A stretch of 64,000 nt of DNA from Bilabrum cf. latius (Eukaryota). The stretch is from contig OZ237741.1 of the NCBI GenBank assembly GCA_965178125.1, positions 930,001-994,000 of the forward strand, in the 5' to 3' direction. A program made the position numbers and the translations under genes. Under the pieces are notes generated by a model. The model was not told where the DNA came from. It ran no database searches and saw only the letters and a list, made by a program, of their open reading frames with translations. Shown here one piece after another: positions 49,441 through 62,025 of the stretch (its first letter is position 1; each line of letters opens with the position of its first letter).

Positions 49441-51126
49441 ATGCTCCATTCCCGGCTGACTGCCCGTGCTACCGGCGCGAAGCTATTGTCACGGCTATGC
49501 CGATCACTCTCGACCGCAGTAGTTCCAACTTTGGATCTGTCAACAGCAGGCAGGCGTGGCCACCTGGTGCTAGAGAGAAGCGATGGATCGTAGACACTAC
49601 ATTGGGGCGACAAGATACCGGAGGGTGATAGCATCGCGGCCGACTGGAGGGTGCTCCATCGACGGCCTGCGCTCATTGGCAAGCAGTCCGCAGCCCCTGT
49701 GCCTGGTCCCGGCCGGGTTCTTGTTCTGAAAAAACCTGGAATATCCGACACAACACGCATGTTGTGCAAAACAGCCGATAGTCTTGCTGCAGAGGGGATA
49801 GAAACGCTCATTGAGCCGAATGTTGCCGTCGGTGACCGGGCCGAGCTATCGTTTGCTGGCGGCGCGGTGGTTCGAACGTGGGACCCAGAACAAGCAAGCA
49901 TGGTGGGTCAAGCTGTAGATCTTGTTGTTACCCTTGGGGGGGATGGCACTATTCTGTTCGCCAGCTCCAAGATCGGAGCGGATCTTCCCCCGGTGCTCGC
50001 GTTCGCCATGGGCACCCTCGGCTTCCTGACACCGTTCGACACTGAAGATCTTCAGGCTGCCATCCGGCGCACTCTACGTGGCGATGTTCCAGTTCATTGC
50101 AAGCAGAGGATGCTCGCACACATTGAAGGCGAGAAGCCCGCCGTGCAACCGGAGGACGCGTTGCAACCAGACAGCCCTGCCCTCGTCGTCAACGACGTGG
50201 CTCTCTCCTTCGCCTACCCAGGACAGCGACCGCCGCCGATCGTGCGGTGCCGCGTGAACGAGCGAGACATTCTCACGGGCGCGGGCGAGGGGCTGATCAT
50301 CGCGACCACCACTGGGAGCACCGCATACTCGCTGTCGGCGGGCGGGCCGCTCGTTGCTCCCACAGTCCCTGGGCTGCTCATCACACCCCTGTGTCCCGCT
50401 GACAGGTCAGACGCAACTGCTGCTGTTGTGTCAGACCAAGCAACCGTAGTAGTGGAGACGAGGGCAGCCATGCCGGCCGCACCGGGCAGGGAAGCGAGCA
50501 CAGAAGCACCTGCTCAGACGAGCACCGGAGCACCTGCTCGAGAGACCGAAGAAACGGCTGCCCATCAGGAGCCGCATTGGGACCCCGCGCAGCTCTTTAG
50601 CCCCAAAAATCGGCTATGGCGAACTTCCATCTACGAGCAGTGGCTGGACGCCGAGAAAAGCGAGCGGCCAACCGGGATATTTCCAGCGGGAGAGAGGGCG
50701 AGGATCGAAGAGGCGACTGCGGCGCTCGAGTCGCCACTTGCACACCGTGACGGTAATAGCAAGCCGGACGGCCCATTAGCTGGTCATGAGAGATCCCAAA
50801 GGCAAAGCAACGCGGGAGCGGACTCGGAGGCAACTACCCCACTCGGCGCTGCCGATGGCGAGGAGCAGGTGCTTCAAGCGGGTGCTCACTCAACAGACAC
50901 GAGCGGGTACACGAGTCTTGCGGTAGATATCGACGGGACGAGCGTGGGTCCGCTGAGACCAGGGGCCAGGCTGGTGATCAGGCCTGCAGACAGCCCGCTA
51001 GTGACAGTCAGCGCGCAGGCTCCCCTGCAGGATTGGCTCTCGGACGTGAGCAAAGTGCTCAATTGGTCCAAGCCGCCTCAGCGGAGGGTCGAGCTGAAGC
51101 GCATCGGAACGGCAGGGCATGCATGA
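49441..51126 (+). CDS. NAD(H) kinase, probably mitochondrial
   Basis: LGGDGT, GTLGFL, VVND, GLIIATTTGSTAYSLSAGG; Arg/Ser-rich N-terminus; TAG 49591; ends TGA. Confidence 0.9.
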
Positions 51127-51357
51127 CCCAAGCAATGGACGGAAATTCGAAGAAGGCATAGATTTGTTGATTATATTCAGGAATTGCCACAAACCCAACT
51201 CAACAGTAGACCCATGCAAGTGCACTAGAAAGGGCAGCATGCGCCGCAAGGCTGCAAGCCACCCTAATTCTCCTAGCACTTTGGGCCCTGCTGCAAGCCC
51301 CTACATCATCTCCGCCCGTGGGGCACCAGATCGGCCAAGTCCGGTCCAAAGGCTCGT

Positions 51358-53643
51358 TTAAAGCTCCATCGGAAGCTTGTCTTCCAATTCCGAGTCCGAT
51401 AGAGAGCTCAGCTGCATCTTGGATTCGGGGCCCGGAAGCGCAGTCGTGAACCGATCACTGCTGCTGCCAGGGGTGGCCCCTTTGCCTGCACCGACACTGG
51501 CGCCAGTTCCTGCACCACCTCCCGCACCGGTGCCCGCGAGCCCACCAGTGCGTGTACCCTTCCGACTCTGCCGATCGGTCCCTCTCTCTAGCCTCCCCCC
51601 TGCAGGGACCGACCCGGCGACGAGCACAGCTGCCGAGGGGTTCACCAGCCGCAGCGGTCCGCCCCCTCGTCCCTCTTTACCTGGAACATCGCTTCCCTTT
51701 GACGCGTTGAGGTCGAGGGTGCCCTTGGACCCGCTCGCCGAGGGGAGCAAGTTGCTCACGAACTAGAGATTGGACACACCATGCGTGCCCCAGGCCACTC
51801 CGCTCTGGCTCTGGCTCTAGCTCTGGCTCTAGCTCTGGCCCAAGTCAGACCGCCGGGTCAGCAGCACTTCGTCATCTTCCTATTCTTCACACCCACCCTC
51901 CTCCCCGCCCCCGCCCCCGCCCCCGCCCTACCCACGGTGGCGGAGCAAGCTGCCGTTGGGTTCCATGATCTAGCCCATCCCCACGATGGGGTGCACAGCG
52001 GACCCCCCGCCGCTGTTCCCCGGGTTGTTCCCTGCAGCCACCTCGCCCTCACCCCTGCCCTTGCCGTTGCCGCCCTGGATGGCACCCTCCTCACTGCCGC
52101 TGTTCCTTCTCTTCTTCGTCCGCAAGGACGGCTGCCACTGCCTCAGGTAGTCGCTGATGGCCCACACGAGTTCCCAGGTGGCCCTTGTCGTGGCAGGAGG
52201 GGGCAGGGCGTACCCATACGTCTCCTGCTCGTCCACCACACGCTGCAGCCTCGTCCTGCTCCTCCGAATGGACTCCTCGGGGCCCTCATCGCTGTTCCCT
52301 GAGTCTCCAGGGCACAACTACCACTTGATCGCGGCGCCCACTCGCACCAGCACCGCCAGCCCAAGGAGACCCAGGGCACACAGAAACACGACGACCAGCT
52401 GCCTGTTGGCGTTGTCCGGAACTGCGCCTGTGCCGCTCGCATCCTGGTCCCCGAACCACTGGATCTCCATCTAGGTGTATGCTTCTGTCTTCCACGTCTT
52501 TAGGATGGCCCGGTTGATTGTTTCCCGCAGCCAGGAGGGGGCAGCGGGACCCACCGCGATACCGTACTGCTGTTCCTCAAAGACCGGTCCAACCACGCTG
52601 AAGGCACCCCCGCCGCTATTCACAAAGTACGCCAAGATGGGAAAATCGTACACAACGGCGTCGCCACTCCCGCCCTCGAACGACTCTAAAGCGGCAGTCA
52701 CCGAGTCGTACGTGCTGACCTACACCCCGACTCCGTGTCTGCGTACGTACGTCTCCGCGGTAGAGCCCACGGGAACATTGACTGTCTTGCTTCTCAGGTC
52801 GCCAAAGCTCCCGATTTGTGAGACGGGGGCCTCCTGCAGCATGTACACCGTGACGAGTGCGGTCACCACGATGGTGAGCAGGGGGCCGAGCACCTTGAAT
52901 ACGAGCAGCGCTGGCTTGACGAAAGGTCCTTCTGGCTCCACGGCGTCCTGCCCGAACAGGCCGAGGAGAGCGATAGACGCGGCGGCCTCGAATTTCTGGT
53001 ACTCTGTCCCGCCCTCTGGCCATGCCTTGACTGGGCCTCTCGAGCACTCCTCCAGAGGGACGAGCAACAGTCCGCCGGCGAGGGCGCACACTACAATCAC
53101 ACCGAGGAAGAGTCCCGCCGCCTGGCCCAACGTTCCAAACAATGCAAAAGAGACTGACAGCAGGTCCGTCTGCTCTCTGGCGAGCACGCGGAATCCAGAC
53201 ACGAACCACGAGTGGCTGAAGTCGAGGTTGAAGGTGCTCTCTCTCGAGGACGTCATCGTGATCGCCGTGTGGCTGATGTCCACCTCACCGAGCCCAGCTC
53301 CTCGAAGCATTTCGACTGTTGTGGGGTACTCCGTGAAATTGAGACACGAAAAGTCGATGGGATCGTTCAACGGTGGCAGCAAGGAGTTGTCACCCCGCTG
53401 CTCCTCGATAGCAGCAACTTCCTGCTGCACCGCAGGCACAACCATCTCTGCCCAATACTACATTGCAAACCCTGTGTATGGGGCTGTGAGCTCGATCGGT
53501 AGAACGCCTTCCGCGTCGTCTCCGCTCATGGTGAATGGAGGCGTTATTTTTACTCCCATGTTCAAACATCGGAGAGCCAACGCATGATGAAAACAAAGCA
53601 TCAACACAGAAACTGATATTTCCTTGCGGGCAGACTCGGTCAT
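51358..53643 (-). CDS. Ionotropic glutamate receptor-like channel without an ATD (S1-M1-P-M2-S2-TM)
   Basis: AITMTSSRES.FNLDFS, TM helices, LRSKTV.V..GSTAE, DAVVYDFPIL, QYGIAV, INRAIL...WFG. About 10 TAG; ends TAA 51358. Confidence 0.85.
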
Positions 53644-53828
53644 GTTCAAATTGTGGAATCCACGAGCACAAATCAAGTTAATGCAATTTGCAAGGGGACA
53701 GTTGAATCTCGTGCGCCCAACAGCAGCTACTCCCGTATTATGGCTACTTGAAAAATAAAAGATTATAGCAGTTTACCTCGCTTCCAATCGATTTGTCGCC
53801 TGGGTCGCTAAATATCCTAAGATGGTAT

Positions 53829-53850
53829 GAGAGAGAGAGAGAGAGAGAGA
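53829..53850. repeat. (GA)11 microsatellite
   Basis: Seen directly; intergenic. Confidence 0.9.
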
Positions 53851-54152
53851 AAATAGAGTTTTCGCACGCAATTCAATACCAGAGACAATCCGAGGACTGC
53901 CACCAAAGTAACGCGCACCTTAACAGGGGACCAAGAATGGCGTGCACACTGGTTGGTCGCAAGTTCCGGGCCGCCGGTTCGGCCCGGGGCCCCTTCTGTC
54001 TTTGGGTGGACGAGTGTCCCACAAGCCGGTCACAGCTTGAGTGAGGGCCCTATGCAGCTAATCCAGATACTACTTTCTAAGTTCATATGATCTATAGACA
54101 CAACAAGCTACAACCAAGTCTGGGGATGTGGATCTTTCTCTGCCATGCTCGC

Positions 54153-55650
54153 TCAGAAGCACTTGCGGTGCACGATCGAGGGCCCGCTCTCGTCATACTC
54201 GTCCTTCGAGATCCACATGCTCTGGAAGGTGGAGAGCGAGGACAGGATGGATCCGCCGATCCACACCGAGTACTTCCTCTCCGGAGGTGCCACCACCTTG
54301 ACCTTCATGGTCGGAGGTGCGAGGGCGCTGATCTCCTTGGTCAGCCTCTTCTCGATGTTGGGGAACATGGTGCTGCCACCGGACAGCACAATGTTCTGGT
54401 ACAGGTCAGACCTGATGTCCACGTCGCACTTCATGATGGTGTCGAACAGGGTCTTGTGGATGCCATCCGCCTCGAGGCCGACCTGGCTGGGCTGGAAGAG
54501 GGTCTCGGGGCACCTGAAGCGCTCCGAGGCGATGGAGATCGTGTTGCCGTCGGGCAGGACGTACTGCTTCTCGAGCTCGGACGAGGTCTCGGCCTTGCCC
54601 ATCTCTGCGTCAAAGTCCTCCGCCACGTAGCAGAGCTTCTCCTTGATGTCGCGCACGATCTCGCGCTCGGCGGTCGTGTTGAATGAGTGCCCGCGCTCGG
54701 TCAGGATCTTCATCAGGTAGTCGGTCAGGTCCCGGCCCGCGAGATCGATCCTCTTGATGGCGTGGGGCAGCGAGTACCCCTCGTAGATGGGCACGGTGTG
54801 CGACACGCCGTCACCCGAGTCAAGCACGCAGCCTGTCGTGCGGCCAGAGGCGTACAGGGACAGCACGGCCTGGATGTTGATGTACATGGCAGGGACGTTG
54901 AAGGTCTCGAACATGATCTGGGTCATCTTCTCCCTGTTGTTCTTGGGGTTGAGGGGGGCCTCGGTCAGCAGCACGGCGTGCTCCTCGGGGTTCACGCGCA
55001 GCTCGTTGTAGAAAGTGTGGTGCCAGATCTTCTCCATGTCCTCCCAAGAGGTCACGATACCGTGCTCGATAGGATACTTCAGCGACAGCACACCGCGCTT
55101 GGCCTGCGCCTCGTCGCCCACGTAGGACTCCTTCTGGTCCATGCCTACCATGATACCGGGGTGCTTGGGGCGACCCACGATGGAGGGGAAGACTGCCCTT
55201 GGTGCGTCATCGCCTGAGAAACCGGCCTTCACCATGCCGGATCCGTTGTCAACCTGCGATAGATGAATACGAATGCATTTGACTAATAAATAGTGGCGGC
55301 TATGCTTTCACGTATGCTACCTGGTGTGCGTGTGCCAGAAATGCGGCCATGCTGAGTCGCCCATGTTCGGCGGCCCCCCAGAGGCATCGCAGCAGGCGCG
55401 TCGCGGATCTGACGCGCACATTTGCAGTTATTTCTATGAACTATGCAATTGGACGGTGCGACTGGGGCTACGGCCTGCATGCTGGCGAGCCAAGGGCAGG
55501 TCGCACAAGGTCGCCAGCTGTCGACCGACACTCGCTTCCATGAGGCCGAGATGGTGCACCTTGCGCGTGCTGTAGCAGTGGCAGACAAGGCGCTCGGCAG
55601 CTTGGCTTTGCTTAACTACTCACTACGAGGGGTTGGCTTTCGTCTTCCAT
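54153..55650 (-). CDS. ACT: Actin, 375 aa; exons 55650-55624 and 55253-54153
   Basis: [21 protein letters not shown]...SIVHRKCF then TGA; GTGAG...GCAG intron 55254-55623. Confidence 0.98.
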
Positions 55651-56327
55651 GGCTTGTCTCTTTCCTTTTGCTTCTGTTGCAAGTCTTTGGTGTGAGCAAT
55701 CGGTGCACCGCGACTTGAGCACTGATCCGATCCTACCAAACCGGAAAAGCCGTCCAGCAAGAACGCGGAGCATCCCCAGACTGAAACATCCTTCTACTTC
55801 GACTATGTAGCTGCATCAGTCGGGCATACCACAGGAAACGGTGAAAGTACTCTATAACTTCATCCGTTCTGCAAAGATATTCACCATCCCGGACAAGTAT
55901 TCATTGCTTGCTGCTGTCCCAAACAGTGATCCATGGTGCGCGATTTGAGCTTCAGCGTTCGAATGGAATGCTATTCTCGCAAAATCCAACTCAATAAAAT
56001 TCAGACACTATCCGTTTTGTTCTATACCTGCATCTGCAGAAGCCACATGCCCCGAGTTTCCGACCCACGATGCCAGCAAACCTGGTGCTGCACAGTCTGT
56101 CCCACTGCCCCATGCAAGAGCATGTGCCGATGCTATCGGGTGCTCTGCTATGTATTGAAAGTGGCGAGGACACCAGCTCCAACACCTGCACAAGCAGTGC
56201 ACAAGCAGTGCACAAGCAGGCGCGCCTCCTTCGAGAATCGCGCGTGTGCCTCAATGGCACCGCTAGAACGCCGGCAAACAGCAGCGCTGCTAGCACGGAC
56301 GGAGAGCCACCGCCGAGCACAGGATCC

Positions 56328-57317
56328 TCACACTCCAGCCCCCCCAGTAGCAACCCCTGCCTCCGCGGTACCTGCGGGCGCCTCGCCTCCGTTGTCGTGC
56401 GCGATGAGAAGGCGGATGGCCCCCACGGCCGTGTCGATGGCTGTCACCTTTGTCTCCGCTGCCAGCTCGGGCGACGCCAAGAACGACTCGCTTTCTTGCT
56501 TCTTGTCGGTTTCGCTGCTTCCCTCCTGCTGCTCGTGCGTAGACCCGATCACCGCGAGCACGACCCCGGCGCGCAGCCCGCGCAGCATGGACACGGTGTA
56601 CAGCGCGCTCGCCTCCATCTCCGTGGCAAGCACGCGGCATTTTTCGTAGGAAAGCCACTTCCTCTTCGTCTTGTCTTCGTCAGCAGTGTGCCCGGGCAGC
56701 TCGGAATAGAAGCTGTCCTTGCAGTGAGTCGTCCCAACGTGTGCCCTTCGCTTAAAGCCGCCTGTTCCCGCTGCATTGCTGCCCGAGGCTCCGGCAAGCG
56801 TCTCTGCCAGCTTGTAGCTTTCCAAGAGCGCTGCTACTACAGCTGGCGTAGCCGTGAGCGGCACCTCGGCTGGAACGTACGCCATGGAAGTACCTTCATC
56901 CCGCACACAGGCGTTGCTTACGACGACATCGCCAGCTGCAACAGATTTGTGAGTGGAGCCACACGTGCCCATTCGAATGATTGTGTGAACGCCATGCCGA
57001 GCAAGCTCTTCGAAAACGATAGCGGCAGAAGCAGAACCAATCCCATGGCTGCACACGCTCACGCGTTCACCATCCAGTGTTCCTGTCCAAATCCGGTACC
57101 CCCTCCTATTGGCTACCTCTTTGCCGCCTTCAAGCATTGCACCTATCTTTGGGACTCGGTCTGGGTCCCCACAGACGATGCAATACCCACCAATGGACCC
57201 CTCGGGAGCTGCCAGGTGCATAGTCAATGCGCCCCCTGTTCCTGAAGCGGCTTTGCCACTTTCTGGTATCTCGATCCATTCGCGTGTGTCTGACAGTTTG
57301 GGAAACATTGATAGCAT
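56328..57317 (-). CDS. udp: Uridine phosphorylase (PNP/UDP family)
   Basis: CGDPDRV, SHGIGSAS, IRMGTCG, RDEGTS, KDSFY, EMEAS; ends TGA. Confidence 0.9.
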   Translation of the reverse strand: MLSMFPKLSDTREWIEIPESGKAASGTGGALTMHLAAPEGSIGGYCIVCGDPDRVPKIGAMLEGGKEVANRRGYRIWTGTLDGERVSVCSHGIGSASAAIVFEELARHGVHTIIRMGTCGSTHKSVAAGDVVVSNACVRDEGTSMAYVPAEVPLTATPAVVAALLESYKLAETLAGASGSNAAGTGGFKRRAHVGTTHCKDSFYSELPGHTADEDKTKRKWLSYEKCRVLATEMEASALYTVSMLRGLRAGVVLAVIGSTHEQQEGSSETDKKQESESFLASPELAAETKVTAIDTAVGAIRLLIAHDNGGEAPAGTAEAGVATGGAGV

Positions 57318-57486
57318 GGTACGCCTGGATGCGAGCGGCGCCTGGATGCGGAAAGTGTCAAACAAATTCTGGCGCTGGATCCAACGGAGCGAACGCGACA
57401 GCGAAGGTTCCAGGTTCGCAATATCAAACCAGGCACCGGCAGCCAGATACTGGCAGCAACCATGCAGTTGGCTGCCAAAGCTCCTA

Positions 57487-60400
57487 TCAGCTTGAGGCCC
57501 CTTCCTGGCCAGATACCGCGGCCCCCCCGCGCGCATTCACGCGGCCCCCAAATCCACCGAACAGCAGGTAATCCTGGACGGGCTGCAGCTAGTTGGTGGA
57601 CACGCAGGCAAAGACCCACCTCGCGTCAACGACTGGGCGCATGTAGGCAGTCCCAATGTCCAGCACCCTGTCCATGATCTTGCTGCTGCGAGCATCCACT
57701 GCCCCTCGTGCTTGGCCGCCAGCCGCCTTTGCGCTGCTTCCGTAGCTGGGCAGCACCTTGGCCGAGTGGATGATGATGCAATCGGTCAGCAGCTGTCTCC
57801 TCATCACGTCCATCTCCCAGCGGGCCCGCTGCAAATTCCAGAGCTGCACCGATCGGGACGCGCGGCTTCCGGGCGCGAAGGCCTTCTTCGGAGGCGGGTC
57901 TGCCAGCACCCCGCCAGTGCTCCACTCCCGCACAGAGTCAGCCAGCGCGGCAACATCGTGCTTTCCAACCAGGGCAGACGCCTTGGCAGATCTTCCCGAC
58001 ATGGAGAACCTGACCGGGGACGTTGACATCGACGTGCTCGCGCTGGCTGACCGAGACAGGGATCCTGCAGCGGCGGCGCTGCTGTCGGTGCCAGACCTGC
58101 CGTTACCTACCGCTTGCAACTGGCTGCGCTGCACCCTGTTCCCTAACCCTACCACGTCGTACCCATGCTAAAGGGCTTGCGAAACTCCAGACGTGAACGA
58201 AAGGGGCGACGTCGAGGCGCCAATGGAGGAGCAGCCCAGTCGCGTGCCCAGGTCAGACCCGGTTGGAAACTCGTCCGACCCACAGTTGGACCGCGGCGGC
58301 TGCTCGTACTTCCTCGGTGCACTGGACGGTCTGCCGCGCTGCTAGGACCCCAGCTGTGCGAGGTGCCCCTTGGAGGCACTCAGCTCCATGCATGGAGGCA
58401 CCGCGGCACACACAGGAGTCACGCCGTCGCGCTGACCGTAGCGAAACACAATCTCTGCAGAGTCTGCGCGCGCAGCAGCAGCAGCAGCCCCATCGCCCCC
58501 ATCTGCCTGCGAGACCACGCCAGCTCCAGCGCGGCCCCGCGCGAGGAAGTCTTTGCAAGAAACGTCGTAGTTCATCACATCTCGAGGGTGTGATGCAGGC
58601 CCTACGGCTCTGCGCATTGGTGCTGGCACGATGTGCTGCTTGTCGAGTTTGATGCCTACCTTGGAGCTTGACAGGGTCGGGACGGAGCATTTCTTCTATC
58701 CCTGGCCCCCGGTGTCTGCCAGAATGGTCACGGGCCCAAAGTCGTCCCCAGAGACGATCACCTGCTCCTTGAATTCCTCCGGATCGACGCCATCAGGGAC
58801 CGTGCTGCCACACCGCTCCACCGCCATCGCTGTCCTAAGGGACCCTGCCGTCTTCCGCAGGTGCATCTGCACATCTTTGTCCCGCAGTATCAGCACAGTG
58901 GCGCCCGCGGACTCCAGCACCGACCTCAGCGAGTTGGTCTGCACCTGGGGCTCCTCCGAGTCGGCGATCACGACCACCCATCCCCGCAACAGCCCAGACC
59001 TGCCCCTCATCCTCGTGACCCGGGACGCGCGAGGGACCCTGAAGCCCTCGGTGTCCGCGTCCACCTCGAACTCGTCCTCGGGCACCCAGGCCTGGACCTT
59101 GGACATGCGCTCCACCCAGGACGCGTCAAGCACCCAGCAGCCCTCGGCGAGGCCCCTGAGCGCCTTGGTGGTGCGTCGGCACGCCCGGTGGACCTGCAGC
59201 GGCACTGCAACCTAGCCTGGTTTCAGTTTGGGTGCCGGAGGTCCGCCGCCGGCCTGCTGCCTCTTGAGCAGCTCCAACTTGCTCAGTTTTCTGCCTTCCT
59301 TTGATCCACCGCCCGCAGGTGAGGCGGCTTTGCCGTCGTTCAGCTCCAGCACCACGTGAGTGTGGGCCTGCTTCGTGGTGCAAACGACGTGGGTGGTGAC
59401 ACCGCGCTCGAACTTGTCACATACCCGCGCGCCACCCTAGAGCTTGCCTTCTTCGATCAGCTCGTTGAGTTGCATCTTGAGTTCCTTGATTACCGGTGCC
59501 ATATCGCTTCCAGACGTCAGGGCAATCACAATGGGCAGCCTGTTGGCCGGAGGGCAGTCAGGCTCGCGCACCCTTCGCTCAAGAGGGACCGCCTTGCCCT
59601 CGTCCCTACCGAACAAGATCGGCACAGTGGCCTCCAGAGACTTCTCCATGGCGAGGTAGGACCAAACCTTGGCTTCTTTCGTGTCTGCGTCCGGCGCTGC
59701 ATCCGGGGCGGCCCCGGAGGCATGCGCGTACTGAAGGTACCTGGGTACCTCTGGTGGCGGCAACCTGTGCTCCAGCCCGGCTGCACCAATTGACTCCCAG
59801 GCCCGAGTGAGATATTTCTTGACGGTGTCCGCGCTAGGCTTTCCTTCGTCTCCGACCTCGCTTGCCACCTTTGCCAGTGAGAAGAACTTGGAATTGCGCC
59901 ACCTGTTCAGCGGCTTGCTAGCGGTGAACGAGGGGCTTCTTTGCCTGCCGGTGGCGTGCAGCACCCCCTGATGCATCTGCTTCGCTTTGGCTTCCTGCTG
60001 TTTCTTCCAGGCCAGTGCAGCCGGCGGAATTAGCTCTGTCTTGCCTCCAGGAGGCGTCCTGGCGACCATCTCCAGATCCGAGCTACTGTCGCTATCTGTA
60101 TCAGAACTGCTGCTACCACTGCCGCTGTACTCGCTGTCAGAGGAGCTTCTTTTCTTTGACTTCTTGGCTACCTTAGCCTTGGAAGCACTTGTTTTGCCTG
60201 CATCCGACTCGTCGCTGGATGACGAGATATTTCCTACCTTGCCCTTGGCCTGGCCCTTTCCCATAGCCTTCTCCTTGGTACCGGCACCCGCGCCCTTGTC
60301 CGAATCAGAATCCGAGTCCGACGAAGACGAGCCATTCTCAAGCTCAGCAACGTGTTTCAGCAGCGCAGGCGCACGCTTAGCTGCCTTTCTCTTGCTAGGA

Positions 60401-61872
60401 CTTCTCGAGGGAGGTGAATTGGCAGCACGTGGCATGGCCTTGGATTTCGTCCCTCGTGGCCTGCGCATGCTCTTTTGCAGCTTGTTGTGAAACTCCAAAG
60501 CGGCGGCCTTTTCCTCCGTGGAGGGAGGCTTTCGGGAGTTCCCTTCACCAGTCATGAGGGACGCAGCAGCTGTTGTAGCGCTTGGCAAGGATGGCATGGA
60601 GGAGCTGTTCATGGCTTCAAGAGCGGGCACGGTAGGGTTTGTGCCGCTGCCGGCACTGCTGGCACCGGTAGCGCTGCTGCTACTGGAGACGGATGTCTCC
60701 TCTTCTTTCGCTTCCTTTTCATCCCCAGAGCTCGGTGATGGCGGGATCGGAATGCCGAGGAGCGCAGCCTCCTGCCTGCTTTGCGCCATGACGGCATCGA
60801 GCTGCTCCTAGTCGAGCTGCTGCTGCTTTGCTATCTCATCCATCGCCTGTTTTTCCCGACGTCTCTCGAGCTCTTGCAGCCTTGAGACTCTTCGTCGGCT
60901 TGAACTTGATTTCTAGGATTCCTCAGCATCGGCTGCCTGTGCGCTGCTGCTTGCAATTGCGTCGCTCGTCGAAGAGGCGGCAGCAGCTCCGGCTCCGCCC
61001 TTGCTTTCTGTCCTTCTCCGCTTCGGTTCCTTCGGTGCAGCGGGCATTTTCGGCTGATCATTGTCTGTTTTATGACTCTCTCCTGTTTGTAGAGCGTCTG
61101 CGCTTGTTTTTGAAAAGCTCGAGTGGTCAGCGGGGGCCGAGGCGCCCGAGCTGCCACTCCCGGCACCTGAGGCTGCTGGAGGTGTGGGCGCTGCCGTGGG
61201 CTATGGTCGCTTCCTCTTCCTAGATTTAGGCTTCGCATCTGCCAAACTCTTCGAGGCAGTCTTTGCCAATGCTGCGATATCCTCGTCGCTTTCGTCGCTA
61301 TCGCTCAGCAAGTGCCGCCACTTCGAGAGGAAGTTGTCAAGCATGCCTGCATCGCGAAGATCTCTTCGGTAGCACGGAGTCTTGCACACTGGACACCGCT
61401 AACCGTCTTTAGAATTTATGCGTAAATTCTACTGCATGCATTCCCTGCAATAATAATATTTGGTTTGCCGTACATTGTATAAGGGCTTCGCTGAGGTCTG
61501 TTCTGAGCAAGTGCGCGGTCTACTAATTCATGGAGCCACCCGGCGGATAACCAGCCTACCATTACAAATAATTGAATACTTTCTAATCGCGGACTCACTT
61601 GCATAACATATGGCTACATGGTAGAACTACTGGAGACTGAAGGACATCTCGGCTGCGATATGGGCTTGTGCTTGCAGGCATGAGGTGGATAGCATGTCAG
61701 CAAATTCCACCTCCATTTCATGCATTACAAAAGGGACAGCCCAAATGAGTCGCTGCTATGCTCTTCTCGTGGCAGTGCTTTGAATGAGAGGGGTCGGTCA
61801 CATTTGTGCGGCTCACCAGATTGGACAAATGAAGTCCTCAAGCACCTTCTTTGCGACGCTCTTCCCAGCCAT
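57487..61872 (-). CDS. BRCA1/BARD1-like RING plus tandem BRCT protein; exons 61872-61817, 61652-61599, 61444-57487
   Basis: Spliced C3HC4 RING CPIC...PCSHMLCKEC...CPVC; BRCT1 TTHVV...CRRTTK...WV; BRCT2 end WVFACV..*LQP..Y. About 11 TAG; ends TGA. Confidence 0.88.
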
Positions 61873-62025
61873 TTAGCAACTCACACACAATTGAGTGCTA
61901 TGAAATTGCGACTAGCTGCGTACCAACCCTGAAATGGCCGCCTCGAATCCATCGAGGATCCAATCGGAGCCAATTCGTGCCGAAGCAACGGATTGCTTCT
62001 AGCCACACAGATCCGCCAGCATGGG

